A stretch of DNA of 58,453 nt, the filler included, from Sluysia triapertura (lineage: Eukaryota): the NCBI GenBank assembly GCA_046118255.1. It is 4 parts of 4 records of this genome, joined end to end, with 100 filler letters (N's around TTAATTAATTAA, not from the genome) between each part and the next. Parts side by side here need not be neighbours in the genome. Positions count along the whole stretch, not along the records: positions 27,762 to 42,010 come from JBJNIA010001785.1; positions 42,111 to 58,453 come from JBJNIA010206259.1; 2 more parts are not named here. One strand, written 5' to 3'. A model generated the notes under the pieces. It searched no databases and had not been told where the DNA came from. It was given only the letters and a program-made list of their open reading frames with translations. Of the stretch, positions 38,001 through 52,889 are shown in pieces. Each line of letters starts with the position of its first letter. The first letter of the stretch is position 1. A program made the position numbers and the translations under genes.

Positions 38001-38859
38001 TGAATTTTGATGACCACAATTTCCAAATAATCAATGTAATATTGTCCTCCAAATTCGAGAATCGATAAAAATTGTATCCAAAAATCATCCAAAACTGATT
38101 TATCTTTATAAAATTTTCTGAATTGATACCACAATGATATATTTATCTCAAAGATCCAAAATAATTGCCTTTAAATATTTATAAAAATTCTCCGTATTTA
38201 TATAGTTGTTGAATAATTTCTTTTTTATCATTCAAATTCAATAATGATCATTAAAATCCAACAATAATATTTTTATTGATTTTTGTGCCATCAGAATTCA
38301 ATAATAAGACAATAAAAGTATTTTAATAATATTTTTACTACATTTTTATGTGATCAAAACTCAATAATAATAAAAAGTATTTTATAATTTTTTGTATTAG
38401 ATAATAATAATAATTTTTAAAGTATAAGTACAATTTACAATTTTTTGAAATGTATAATTATTTACAAATTGTTTACGAATTACAAATAAAATTTATGTAA
38501 TATTTATTAGAAAGTTAATTTAGAATAAAATACCATTTATAAACTTTTATTATTTACTCTATATTAATAGCAGTAACATTTACAATTTTTTAATACAATT
38601 TTAATATTTACAATTTAAAGGTTTATATTATTATATTGTGTAATGACAACATAAGCTGATTAAAATTATGTGTGAAAAACTTAGATACACAAAATTCAGT
38701 AGTATGCTTTCTTCTTTTCTTAATATAATAACGTAGTTTTCTCAGTTTAAATTCAGCATATATGCGCATATTAATTTGAAACATATATGGATGTCTCTAT
38801 TTAACATTCTCTGTACACATAAGTAACCTTGTGAATTAACTAACACGAAAATGGCTTAT

Positions 38860-39260
38860 GTTAGTATTAAATGTAAAAATGGGTAATTATAAACAAAATC
38901 GAACCCTACTTTCACTGGATAATAACTGTGGATGAGAAGTAGGCTACCTGCGAAAACATTGTAAGAAAAAGAGCGCACTATGAACCCGGACGACAGCTCC
39001 TCCACTCCTAAACCGAACTTGAGAATGTTGTGTATTCGGTGTAACATCCGAGGTAAAAAGCTCAATTTGGAGTGGTACTATCAGCATTTAGATGGTTTAA
39101 ACAAAGCACTCAAAGAAAAGCATACAACATCATGAAAATTATAGGTCACATGTGCTTTGGGGATTCGCCAGAAAATTGCAGAAAATTGTTTTTCCTATCA
39201 AAAAATTTGCGCTTTTGAGTTTTTCTCCTCTAAGGTCAAAGCCATTACGTTGGCAAATGC
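38860..39260 (+). pseudogene. Decayed ORF-X family copy with degenerate CCCH finger
   Basis: WVIINKIEPYF (38880) ~ GINSRIEPNL. NYRS/CALGIRQKIAENCFSYQ (39137-39201) ~ CGKCSKIGANCNYAH, with C>R (cgc) and H>Q (caa) single-base changes. Confidence 0.55.
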
Positions 39261-42010
39261 CATAACTACTATTGGAAATTATATTTTACAATAAATATTA
39301 TCAAATACATGAAAAATTTATTTATTTTGTTTTATTCTATAAACGGACGGAACGTTTCGGTAGGCCTAATAAACCGAAACACTAGCGAACAATTCTGAGA
39401 AATATATTGAGAAATTCTGAAAAATCTACACTGTTAATTATTTATTTATTAATTACTCAAAAGAGTTTAAAATAAATAATTCTAAAAAGATACAACTTTG
39501 TCTTTTTCATAAATGTTTCATTAAGTTAGCAAGCTTAATATAAACATAATCTTAAAATCATTTTTTTGACTTAATTTTTAGTAAATCAATGTTAAATATA
39601 AAATATTAAATTAATTTTTTAAACAATGTTGATTTACATCTAAATTTAAAAATAACTGTCTATTTTAATTATGACAAAAATTATATTTATGTTGGGTATT
39701 TATTATTCTAATTATAAATTTATTTATTTCATGTCAACTAAACAAGAAACTATATAAACTAATTTCATAATTTTGTTTATTAAATATTGTTTACATGAAA
39801 ATAGTACGATCTTATTTAAACAATTTTCATGAAGTTATTTATTGATAGACATTAACTAATTCAATTTCTGAAAACTGTTATAATTCTATATGTTAATTTA
39901 TTAATATCGTTTTATTGTTACTGTTAAGTAGTAGTCTTGAGAATTAAAATTATTTAAATATTTTGAACAATATTTTGATTTTATGCTGTATTTAAGATTT
40001 GTAAGCTTTAAATATTTTACAAGAACATTTTAAATAGATTATTATGCAAAAATTTTAAGGTAAATTTATAATTAAATGTAATTTTTAGTAAATGTATTTA
40101 TATTTTTTATCAATTGTTGAAAAATTAATTAATCATATTAACATGCATCATATAATGTTTATAGAAAAATCACACTAAGAGTTTTGATTAAACGAAAAAA
40201 ATTAATTAATTAAAAATTAAAAGTAATAATAATAATAGTAATAATAACAGTGATAATATTATTTTGTCTAGGCATAATTAGTAAATAAAAGTTGATAATT
40301 CAGCATTAGTTATACAATAATTTTTGTATAAATTAATTAAACAAATAATTAGCTGAAAACTATAATTTGAATTTTATAATTTGAGCGAAAGTCAAGCCAA
40401 GCAGTCACATTAAACAGATATCAAACGAACGATTATTGGTATCAGACTATTCATATTTTATTGACATTTCCATTCGGCGTACAATAAGTTTTGTTTCTCT
40501 ATATCCTCATTGGTTTAACGTAAGGTAATTTAGCATTTTCATAAAAACTTTAATAAATTTCTAAATCAAATATTCAATTAATCTTAATATTTCAATTGTC
40601 AAAAAATCAATATATTAAAGCTTATGTTTTTGTTAAAAACAGATTCCATGTTTAATGTTAAAAATAGATTAAAGTATGTGTTGATTAATATGTCAATTTT
40701 TCATATCAAAAAATAAATGTCAAATAAAATAAATTTTAAAATCAATAATTTAGTAGTTTCTAAAAATAATACATATGTATAAATTTTAAAGGCATTATTA
40801 TTATTATAAACATTTTTATTTTTATTTTCAAAAATAATTTAAAAAAATAATTTTTTAAAATAAACCATGAAATTTTAATTCTTTGTTTTACATTCTCAAG
40901 TACACCCAAGTAGCAATAAAAGCTACATTAATTTTACAACACAACACAAATTTTTATACACAATTTTTTAAAAATATATTTTTAAACACAATATTTTCAA
41001 TTGGTATAACTCCTTGGATCATTTGTAACGTAGTTTCTATTCGATTTTAATTTGGATCATATTGTTTGCAACATTAATTGGATCACCGATCTTTTCATGG
41101 TTTATTTGGATCAAATCGTTTATCATTCATTTTTTGCGCACACAAATTTTCCTTATTTTAAATAATTTATTCGTTAGTTTAGTTAACTATAAGTTGTCTT
41201 TTTTAACAATATTGTAAATTTGACGTAAAATCATTTAAAAGAATTTGATACCCTTTTTAATTAATGGGTGGAAAATCTATAATTGTAAAACAAAATAGTA
41301 AAAGATTATATATTAATCTACTGATTATTGTTATAATCTATTATTAAAGATAATTTGTGAGAATTAAGACACCGTTTTATAATACGGTAGCAACCTATTA
41401 CTTAAAATCATTTGCTCAAACCATTTTCGTACGATAAAATTCTTATTATCAAAAGAATGCATTAACCTTATTTTAAATAGTTAATCTCCAATGTTTACTT
41501 CTCTTAATTGCTACTTACAACGTAAGTAGCGTAAGACTAAGATTGTAAGCAACTTACCACATAAATTAAGAAACAATAAATAACAAATCCAGACTCAATT
41601 CTTACATAATGTGTCGCTAAATGTTATGTTTTATTTGAGTTTATTCGTAATTTATTTTAAAGATATAAACTAGTTTATATATAACCTTTTCTCATTTAGT
41701 TAACAAAACTATATTATCACAAATATTGTTTTGAATGTTTAAGTTGCATTCAATATTATCAAGTGATATTATGACTTACTTATGAACTGTGTACGAACTC
41801 AACAAAGATTAATTTTTCTAGAGTAAATATTTGAAATAAAATGGCAGAACTACTATATTTTCAGGTATTCTTTTAATCATTTCAGAAAATGACTTAGTTT
41901 TAGACCAAGGAAATATAATATTTATTTTGTTATTAATAGTAGACATATAGTTATAATTAATTTAATTTTTATTTTATTTTATTATTAAAACACATGAAAA
42001 TTAATTTAAG

Positions 42011-42110
42011 NNNNNNNNNNNNNNNNNNNNNNNNNNNNNNNNNNNNNNNNNNNNTTAATTAATTAANNNNNNNNNNNNNNNNNNNNNNNNNNNNNNNNNN
42101 NNNNNNNNNN
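42011..42110. other. Assembly gap with linker
   Basis: N44-TTAATTAATTAA-N44. Confidence 0.98.
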
Positions 42111-42872
42111 GATTCTCAAAGAGGTTTGGATGATTTGTGTGAGAGAGTGTTTGGTTGTGAGATTGTGAATTGATTGGATGATGAGAGTATAAAATAAAAA
42201 ATTTCTAAATTTTTACAACACAAGAATATAATCACACTACAAGAAAATCCATTGAGAAAATCCATCTTTTGGTGAGGTTTACGTATTTTATTTTATCATT
42301 TTAATATTATTAGTTTGATTATTTTTATTATTATTATTATTATTATTTTAATTGATTTTTTGAGGATTATTTTTCAATCTTATTATTACTTAATAGAAAA
42401 CTCCCTTTATAATTTATTTTAAAATATTAAATTTATTTTTGTTTTTAACGAATTTCATTATCACTTAATGGGAGACTCCCTATATAGTGTGTTTTTAAGT
42501 TATAATATTTATCCAACATTAATATTTTAAAATTTCTGGATATTGATATTTTTTAGAGTCTGTTGCGTCACTTCTGGTATTTTCATGTAGACTGTCATAT
42601 CCTTGATTCTATAGACGTTGTTGCTAATTCTGCATTTTCAGTTATTTTATTGTTTTTAGTAAAGACTTATAATAATAATTTGTAATTTGATTCTTTTGTA
42701 ATCATTAAATTATTGTGTAATTTTGGTTTGATTTTAAAGAGTTTAATTTTGGGGGTGAATAACTATTAATATCAAATAAGAGAATTGTTTAGAAAACTTG
42801 AACTTGGTTTAACTAGTACTTAGATAATTGATATTTATTTTAAATAATTTAATAATTTTCAAAGACGCAACA
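42111..42872 (+). mobile_element. Family-A LTR-like repeat, 3' part
   Basis: GATGATTTGTGT...GATTGGATGATGAGAGTATAAAA, donor GGTGAG (42271), GGGAGACTCCC (42470), end AAAGACGCAACA. Confidence 0.75.
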
Positions 42873-43399
42873 AAGTAATAATTTATTACTTACAACAATA
42901 ATAATAAGATATACTAAAAACTAATTAAATTAATTGTAAAACGTAAATAATTAAATAATTTTAGTCATTAATATAAATATGCAATCATTTAAATACATTA
43001 AGGAATAAATTATGAAACAAAAATGATTGTATTAAAATAAAGTAAAATTTAATTAAATTGCTGAAAAGTTAATTAAATATAAAGATGAAATAATTTACAA
43101 GTAATAAATCCAAATCAATAAAGATTCGAGTTTTATTATTAACCAATTATCAGTTGGATTTTCTTGAGAAAATGGGTTTAAAAATTGTCACTTTTTGGGT
43201 TATTTTTATTTGACTACATTTACTAATGCAATTAATTAATTACAATAAATGTACTCAATAAGTAGTCTTAGTATGATATATTTGTTGGTTGGAATTATGA
43301 TGGTAATTTCACTATTTTGGGATACAGGTCTAAAGTGCTATTTGGTATAATGGACTATAATAAAATAAAATTTTAGACTCTAAATCACTAAAAATAAAT

Positions 43400-44130
43400 T
43401 TACAATTTTCATTCTCCAAAAAATCAACCAATTTAATAATTAGGGCTTCTCAGAAATAAAAAATGAATTAATCTAAATTTATAAATATCTAAATGATAAT
43501 ATGATTAATATTCTGTAAAAGTCTAATATCTCCTTAAAGTAACTTGGACAAGGAGTCTCCAAAAAATCAAAAGTGAACTAATTTATAAATATCTGAATAG
43601 TAATAAAATTAATAGTTTGTAAAACTCTAATGACTTGAGAAGACAGCCACCCAAAAAATCAAAAACGAAGTAATTTATGTTTATAAACATCTGAATAAAA
43701 ACTAATAGTTACAAAATTTTACTAACTTGGGCGGAGGCCTCCAATAAATCAACAATGATTTAATAAAATTGCTAATTTGTTTATTTATTTTGTGTTTAAA
43801 ATTATAAATAAAATTACCAATACATGAGTATCACTGTAAAAACTAAAATTCTTTTCTTATTTTTTGCGTGTTATGAAACATTTAAGGGTCCTCTTTTATA
43901 CTATCTCATCATCCAATCATTCTTGATTTTTACAATCAAACATTCTCTCACACAAATCATCACAACATTCTTTGAGAATTAAACTGACGATAATAACTTT
44001 GTCATTTGTATGGTACAGTTTGTCAAACTTTACCAGATGCAGAACACAAAAAGTTGATTTTTGAATAAAACCAGTATATAATTAAAAATTAATAACATAT
44101 TTTCGATTAAAATCAATTTAAACTAAAGAT
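43400..44130 (-). mobile_element. Family-A LTR-like repeat, inverted copy with four ~95-bp tandem units
   Basis: Reverse complement of 43890-44040 matches 42111-42195 and 30520-30655. Units AACTTG...GGAGTCTCC-AAAAAATCAA...AATTTATAAATATCT occur at ~43410-43750. Confidence 0.75.
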
Positions 44131-44393
44131 TGGGCAGAACAGAGAGAATAATGTGATAATAAATTTAATAGCATTATCATTGAGAAAAATCATATTAAAA
44201 TAAGATTGAAGATAGAATATATACAATGATAATGTAATAGTACACTCAGATAAAAGTAATACTTATTATAGTTGTTGAATTATTATTAATTATTATCACT
44301 ACCACTATTATTATGAATTTTATGTACAAAAATCATTCATTATTAGTGTAATTTAATGTACTATGAAATAAATTAAATTTAAAATCACATAAA

Positions 44394-44700
44394 TTATAGC
44401 AGTATATAATTAAACAAAATTTTTGAAACAGACACAATTATTATTACATAAACTGATGGGAAAATTAGAAGTAGACATTTTGCTGAAGACATTTGTAATC
44501 GATTATTGAACAGTTCTTCTCGTGAATAGAAAATTGGAAGTTGATATTTTGGTTTTACGCATCCTTTCGTGAACACATTTGATAATTAAACGGTTTTTTC
44601 GTTGGCACATTCGTAATTCAAACATTATAACAATATCTTCTGTGGACATAATTATTATTTATTTGATAATTGAATAGGTAAAGAATACTTAATACTAAAC
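44394..44700 (-). pseudogene. ORF-X family N-terminal fragment
   Basis: CVKPKYQLPIFYSREELFNNRLQMSSAKCLLLIF ~ FVQPNNTFMIRKNEVLQNRFSLPESSSLYVPF of ORF 11345-11872. Confidence 0.5.
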
Positions 44701-46104
44701 ATCTGAAAATAGTGCCAAAGGGAAAGATAAAATAGAATTATAATGTAATCGAGAATAATATTTGTTTTGATAAGCTAGAATTTGTATGGAAGATAAAATA
44801 ATGGTGTAAATAAAGTTGATTCTGAGTATTATTGAATCTGAGTTGAATTCAGTAAAATTCCAGGTAATCGGAACGAATATCTGATCTCACGTTCCCATAT
44901 AAAATAAATTTAAAAAAGACTGTAGAACGAGAAGACAAAGAGTTGATAAAATAATCATTAGAAGACTTTAAACTGTTAACGAGTAATAATTTTATAACTA
45001 AAGAAGTTTAAATTATTGTCGAAGTGAGAATATATGTATTGATAAAGTTAAGAACTAAAGCATTTCATTGAGTTTGCATTGAAAAGTTTCTACGTTTACA
45101 TTTATCGAAAGTACATATAAAATGCGTTACTATACAGAGATTCATTGATACAGGAAAGGTTCCACATTCATTTTAAGTTTTGCAAAGACCAATTACTACG
45201 TTTTAGTATCAATACTTATTAAATTTAACAGTATTAATTTTTTTTGGCACCAAAAATTACGGCTAACAGCTTTTGCTATTGTGAATTTTAATGCTTTAAG
45301 TCTATCACCGAATATATTACAATTTTTAACGACTTTATTTATTCAAAAGGCAATACGCTGCATTAAATTTATCAGCCGTTCTGATTTAATTAAGTACTTT
45401 TATTCAAATTCATTTAAAACGTCTAATCATTCATAAAACACAATTTAAAGTACTCATATTAAATTCCAACAATCTATTTAATTCACGAATGATAGTTATA
45501 TCTAACATTTATAAAATTTAATTCAAGACAAATATTACATATAAAAACGTAATATAAAAAGCAGGAATGTTCACAAAAATGGTTTAAGTAGGCAGCATTG
45601 AGTTTGAACAATCGGTTTCCAGCACACATTGAGGTTATTTTACATTCGTGCACTAAAGGTTAAATTTCGGAATAATTTTCAATTTATATCAGCCGTACTT
45701 ACCTTAAGGATCATTAAACATGTCTTTCTACCAATAATGGTATCAATAAATTCCTGATATGTATATAACTTATTTGTAGCTGAAGCAAAAAGACAATCTA
45801 CAAAAATGAATAACTCTACAAAAAATGAAATTATGTATTAAATTTCAATGTTAAATTTTTCTTCGCAGAAGTTAGATGTATTTTAAATATAAAAGAAAAA
45901 ATTAGACAATTTAATCAATATTTGAATTTTCCTTTTAACACTTTCTAAGTTGTACAAAACCGATTTAGTTGAAATTTACCAAAAATGACTCAACACGAAA
46001 TAGACAAATAACAACTATATTTGTAAGTCTGTACAGAATCAATGTGAAACCGTTTAAAAATTAAACTCAAATAAAAACATTAACTCCATTCTTTATTACA
46101 AAGC

Positions 46105-46728
46105 TCAATATCCACGAGAACGAGATCTAGACTTTCTCCTTTTAGAAGATTTCCGACGTCTCATATAAGATCTCAAATCTCTTTCAGCATCAGGTGAAAT
46201 TTTCTTGACATGCATAAAATTACAATGACCTCCTCTGGAACATACATTTTTTTCAAATTGTGCACAGCACGCGTCTCTAAAATCAGTTACTGGTGAAAAT
46301 TCAGCATAAATCGGCCTCATTCCAAACCAACGATTATTTAAATCATTTACCGCTTTCTCGGCATCTTCTTCACGATGGAACATAATGTAAACATTTCCGA
46401 CTAGATGTTCACCAAGATTTTCGCATACTTTCATTTCCTCAATTTCACCATATTTTTCTGAAACTTCAATAAAAACTTCTTTATAGAAATCATCAAATTT
46501 TTTCTGAGCTTCCTCATTCGAGCATGTTATATGGGAGTTATCACCAGTTAAGGCCAAATTTTCTGGGGTAATGTACATATTTTTTAGTAATATTGTTTGG
46601 CTAAATGTTGGTTTATTATGAATGCGAGAACAGTTATCTCCATGCCGACAAGCACCAATTTTATAATAAAATGAACAATTAACTTTATCTTTTTCTGTTC
46701 CAAATATACTTGCTAAATATTCAGCCAT
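46105..46728 (-). CDS. U2AF1: Splicing factor U2AF small subunit (U2AF35), intronless
   Basis: MAEYLASIFGTEKDKVNCSFYYKIGACRHGD, ZnF1-UHM/RRM-ZnF2 architecture and a short RS tail. Confidence 0.98.
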   Translation of the reverse strand: MAEYLASIFGTEKDKVNCSFYYKIGACRHGDNCSRIHNKPTFSQTILLKNMYITPENLALTGDNSHITCSNEEAQKKFDDFYKEVFIEVSEKYGEIEEMKVCENLGEHLVGNVYIMFHREEDAEKAVNDLNNRWFGMRPIYAEFSPVTDFRDACCAQFEKNVCSRGGHCNFMHVKKISPDAERDLRSYMRRRKSSKRRKSRSRSRGY

Positions 46729-47426
46729 TTCATCAACTATTCAATTTAAAATATAAATTTCATAATTTTTTAAGACAAATAATTAATTTGCGCACTTTAA
46801 AAATGATTTTTTAAACAATACGTAAAATATAAAAACTGTGGTATATTTTTATTGAAATTTAATACTTAATATTTAATTATTTAAAAAATTTTTTAAATTA
46901 TATGAACTTGAAATTATTTACTTGTTTGTTTCATTTTACTTTATTTTGAAAATTATTTTGCTATAAAATTTCAAAAGATTTCTATTATAAATTATTTTGT
47001 TTTATACATTTCATTGAATCATGATATTATTAATTTTTATTCAAAAGTGATAATTATAGTTCTGCAGCATAAATCGTCATCTAATTAGTGCAGCAAATAA
47101 ATGATTTCATTTTTTCGTAACCATTATTTACATTATATTATTCGTATTATTCTATAATATTCTTGTTATGCATATAGAAATTCCTTGATTGTCAAAATAC
47201 TGTAATTATTTAACTGCTTTCTCATACTTTTTAATGAAATATTAATGTGATATATGCCATCTTTTAATTGAGTCGAAGAGTTTTGGGTGGATAGTTTGAA
47301 ATTTTTATTCACACTTTCATCTATAAAACTAAAGACGACTTTTCAGATATAAATAATTACATTAAAATTTAAAAGTAATTCGACAGTGTAATTATAATTT
47401 ACGTATAAAACTAAAAGTAACATAGG

Positions 47427-48330
47427 TGTTACGATTTCCCAACTGTGGGATAAAGAGATGACTAAGGAAGATGATGAATTGAAAATGTAGGAAAAAGGGG
47501 CGGTTTGAGTTAAGTAAAAAGTAGTTGGAATATGAAAACTTTTATAGTCATATTAACAGCTGAAGAATATCTTGGAGTTCCAAAGACCTATATAGTTTGT
47601 TGAAACCTTATGGAAGCTTCAGATGGACATGGAAAAATTTTGGGACATTAGAGTAACTTTGAACTTGTGATCTTTGAGATCATTTAAGACCGCATAGACC
47701 TTCAGGTAATCTTTGAACCTTGATAAACATTTAAAATATTTCAGGAACCTTGTAAAATAGTTGAAATATTTAAAATATGTGAGAAGTAAGATTATTGTTA
47801 AAGATAAATTTAAAATCAGAGTGGTTTAGGTAAAATCATTAATAAAACCTTTAAACATAAAGTAATATTAAAATTGATTAATTAATTAAAATCATAATTA
47901 ACTTAATTAAGAAAAATTAAGTTTTTGTGAATAACCTTTGAATGCAGTATGCTATGTCAAAGTTGAAACTGTATATGTATTTGTTTTAAAAAGACCTTTG
48001 ATTAAGGCATTGTTTGATATTGAGCAAAGTCAAATTTTAATTATTCTTAATTATAGAATGTTGAATTTTTCTTAGAATGATGAAAAAGTAATGAATTGAA
48101 TGAGATAAATGTAGTGAAAGAGGAGAATCTGTATGTGATTTTGAATTGCCTGTAGACTGGTATGTTTGAGAATAAGAACCTTAAACATTTTCCATTAGAA
48201 AATTGTGCGTGAAAAATCGAAAATTAATTGAATTCTATAAAATTAAAGTTAAATTCGTTATTTTTATGTATGAAAACAATATTAGTGATTATTATTTAAT
48301 ATGAGAAGTAATTCAAGTAAAAATAGTTGA
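47427..48330 (+). mobile_element. Family-A LTR-like repeat, 5' part
   Basis: TGTTACGATTTCCCAACTGT ~ TGTTGGGATTGCCCAACTGT (29381). Shared blocks ATATTGAGCAAAGTC, AGAACCTTAAACATTTT and AAAATTAAAGTTAAATTC. Confidence 0.8.
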
Positions 48331-48503
48331 TTTATAACTCAAGAAAGTTAGTTTAGTTAGTTATTATTATTACTATCAACGATTTGTATATCTTCAATTT
48401 TCTGTATAATAAAGTTTTTTGGAATTAATCAGTCATTTAATTTTTATAGTTTTAATTTCTTAAAATCAAGAGTTACAATTATTTTCAAAAAGCTAGAATT
48501 TAA

Positions 48504-49500
48504 CTGTAGCAACGAAAAATCTGACATAAAGATTCCATATTAAGGAATTTAAGGAAAATCATTGAATAAATTTCGGTTTAATTTATATTTAAACAGTTAT
48601 TAGATAACCTCAGTTTTTTGCAATTCATATAAGCATTGCGATAGACATTAATAAAGCTTACCTCCAGATAAGATTAAGCATTAAAATTTTAATAGCATAT
48701 CTTGAGACTTTACTTTGATTTACAAAATCAAACGGCTGGCCCTAATCGGTAAGCCCAGAACGTTGGTGAACTCACCTTGATAATCGTTTTATTTTATTAC
48801 TACTTTTTCTCACAATATATTAAGACAGACTTTTTACGGTCTGCCAAATGGCAGTTATAATTTATACGTTAAGAGAGCCTTATTACAGTGTGTCAAATAT
48901 TCAAGTAAATTAAAGATTAAATTAGCCTTTTTACGGTCTGATTAAATTTAGTAAATACTTTTAAATAATTTTACAAATCATACAGAACTTATACCAATAA
49001 AATAGAACTCACACATATATATAACAATAATATTTTAAATCTTAAGATATTGATATTATCTTAGATTATGATGATTTATCTGAAAATTAAGTCAGCCTTT
49101 TTACGGTGTTACTATGAATTAGAGATTTTAAGTTAGATTTATGTCCTATTCAATTAAAATTAAAACTTAGCAAAGATAATTACTTTTTCATGGATATTGG
49201 AAATCTGCATTAAGTTCGACGTCAAAAATATCTCATATTTCTTGAATCAATATTATTTCTTCTTGTCTTTCTTTTTTGTTCCGAAAATTTTATTAACTAA
49301 CTACTATTTATATACCTGTGTTGTGTCAGCCATATTGTTTGATTATTGATTTAATTTATTTAAACAAATAAACAATTTTATTTAGACAATTTTATTTTAC
49401 TAATTTTATTTTTTTTAATTTTATTTTTTATAATTTTTATAATAATAATATTTAAAATTAATATGTACAATAAAATATAACAATGTCTAATATAATTATA
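48504..49500 (+). mobile_element. LTR plus leader/internal segment related to the element at the right end of the window; gag absent
   Basis: 48742-48779 (TAATCGGTAAGCCCAGAACGTTGGTGAACTCACCTT) is the reverse complement counterpart of 58418-58453. 49189-49300 matches the reverse complement of 56970-57075. Confidence 0.6.
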
Positions 49501-51070
49501 CAATAAATAATATCATCACAAAAAAAATTAATTGAATCATTAATTAAATCGGTTCAATAAACAGCATTTATTCAATGAAGCGCCATCCCAGCTATCCAAC
49601 ATACATATACACGTATAACCAAGATATTTCCAGAGAATAATCTTAAAGTTAAAAGTGCTGTTACTTACGATTACGTCTCCGTAGGTCTAAATCGTATATC
49701 GTAAGCGAATCATTATTAATTATAAACAATTTGCATGAACAAATAAATAAATTTATAGAAAAAATCGTAGCATAATTTTAAAACTGATAATAAATTTATA
49801 TACAGAAGGCTTTTTGTTGAAGGAATTTTATAGTTTTATTTATATAATAGAAGTGCATTATTATATAAAGAATTTTTATTGTTATTTTAAAGAATATATC
49901 GCGATTCAAAATTTGTTTAATTACTGGATTACAGTTTGATAATTTAAAGTAAAAGTATAAAAGACGCAACACATACATAAACATGACTTCTTCCGATGCA
50001 ACCACAAACACCTTGAAATTTTCTTTCTCTTTAATAGTATCACCGTAATTCAGTTTTACCGTTTCTTACATTTACAGTTTAAGATGAGCATTTCATTCCA
50101 ACCTACAATACTGACTGAAAATTTTATTCAAGAATAGTTTCCAAACGACTTCAGACTGTCATGAATGGACTCTGCTCGTCAGCTCTAAAAGCAAACATTC
50201 TATCCCTTGTACAGGACCGCATAACTATGTGCTGTTGCCAATAACTTCACGCAAGTATCACATAGTTATTTCTCATGTGTTAAAATTGGATTCCATAGCT
50301 ACTTCACTATTCGGCGCAAGACTACAACCATAATATCCACATAATAATTACGAAAGCTTAGAACCAAACATTATTTCCAATTATTATGAAATTATGAATT
50401 ATTATTAACAAAAGTATAACATCGTCAAAAAAACTTTATTAAAAAAATAACCTTTTTCTAACCATTATTGATTTACAAAACCTTATAATTTTTCAAGGTA
50501 TTTACGAGATAAATTATAATTAATCTCGTTTTAAAATTAGTATTGCGTATAATTTGAATCATCTTAACAAAATATTTATTTGGTAATTTTATATATTTCA
50601 TATAATATAGAAATTTACATTTTTTAATAATTGAGCAACTAATTATCAAATATATGTGCACTTTGCATATTTTACAATCTATTTTTATGCCACTTTATTT
50701 TATTTAATATTATAAGTACACAATCAATCACAAAATATAAATTTATAATAATTTTGATGAAACAATTAAAACAATTGTAATTAACTGAATTCATTGTAAC
50801 ATGTATTGCATAAAATAAATTATTTTAATTTTATTTGTATATTAATAATTATCTTTCGATGAATTGTTAAGATTAAAGATAAATAATTGTTTGTAATAAT
50901 GCTAACTTAGAAGTATGTGAAAATAATCAATGCTTATAATTTATACAAACTAATACATTTACTTAATAAATTGAGCAATTTTTTATTCACATGAATTATT
51001 ACATAATTAAAATCGATTTGGTGTATATTTAATTTCGGTATAAAATGTATTTGAAAATTGGAATAAATAA

Positions 51071-52210
<1,140 letters not shown>

Positions 52211-52889
52211 TTGAAATGTTACTGGGAATTAAAATAATTTGAAATTTAATAACTTACTTGAACTGTCACGTCACTTCGTAATTCTAATAAATATTGCTTC
52301 AGTTTCAATAAAAGCTTCATTGCTTACTAAATATAATTTTTGAAATTGTTTTAAATTGAAAATATTTTATGCATCAGTTCAGTTTTATTCGCATAAAAAT
52401 TTTCTTCCTTTCAATTTAACTCATGTACCGCAATTATAGTTCAATTTTTAGTTTTGATCTGTAGTTAATTGTTATTGAAAAGGAAAAATACACCTGTATT
52501 TAAATACGATTTTTGAATTCCAATGATCTATTTCTAAATTAGAAGTATATATTAAGTGATTTTAAATACTTATATTAACCATATCCAATACTAATTTTAA
52601 ATATTTAATTTAAATGATTCAAAATCATGTACTATTGGATTTTAATTTTTTATAAATAGATTACAGTGTTTCATGCATCTCATTAATAGTTAAAAAACTA
52701 CTATCTAAGTTTTGAGTTTTTATCTAACATTAAAATACTTTCTCACTTGCCTTAAATTTTTAGATAAACTAATTTATAAATAGTTAAATGTACGAAAATT
52801 CATTAATTATGTATTATCTTTTATTTAATTACATTTTTATTGATTATCTACCTGACTTTAAGTATCATTAAATTAATAATATAATAAAA

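Noticed and set aside
45696-45720. U1 snRNA 5' end (TACTTACCT)
   Set aside because: No U1 stem-loops or Sm site follow; it is the complement of a splice donor.
50145-50190. Hammerhead-like CTGACGA core on the minus strand
   Set aside because: No GAAA after the putative stem II and no closing stems.
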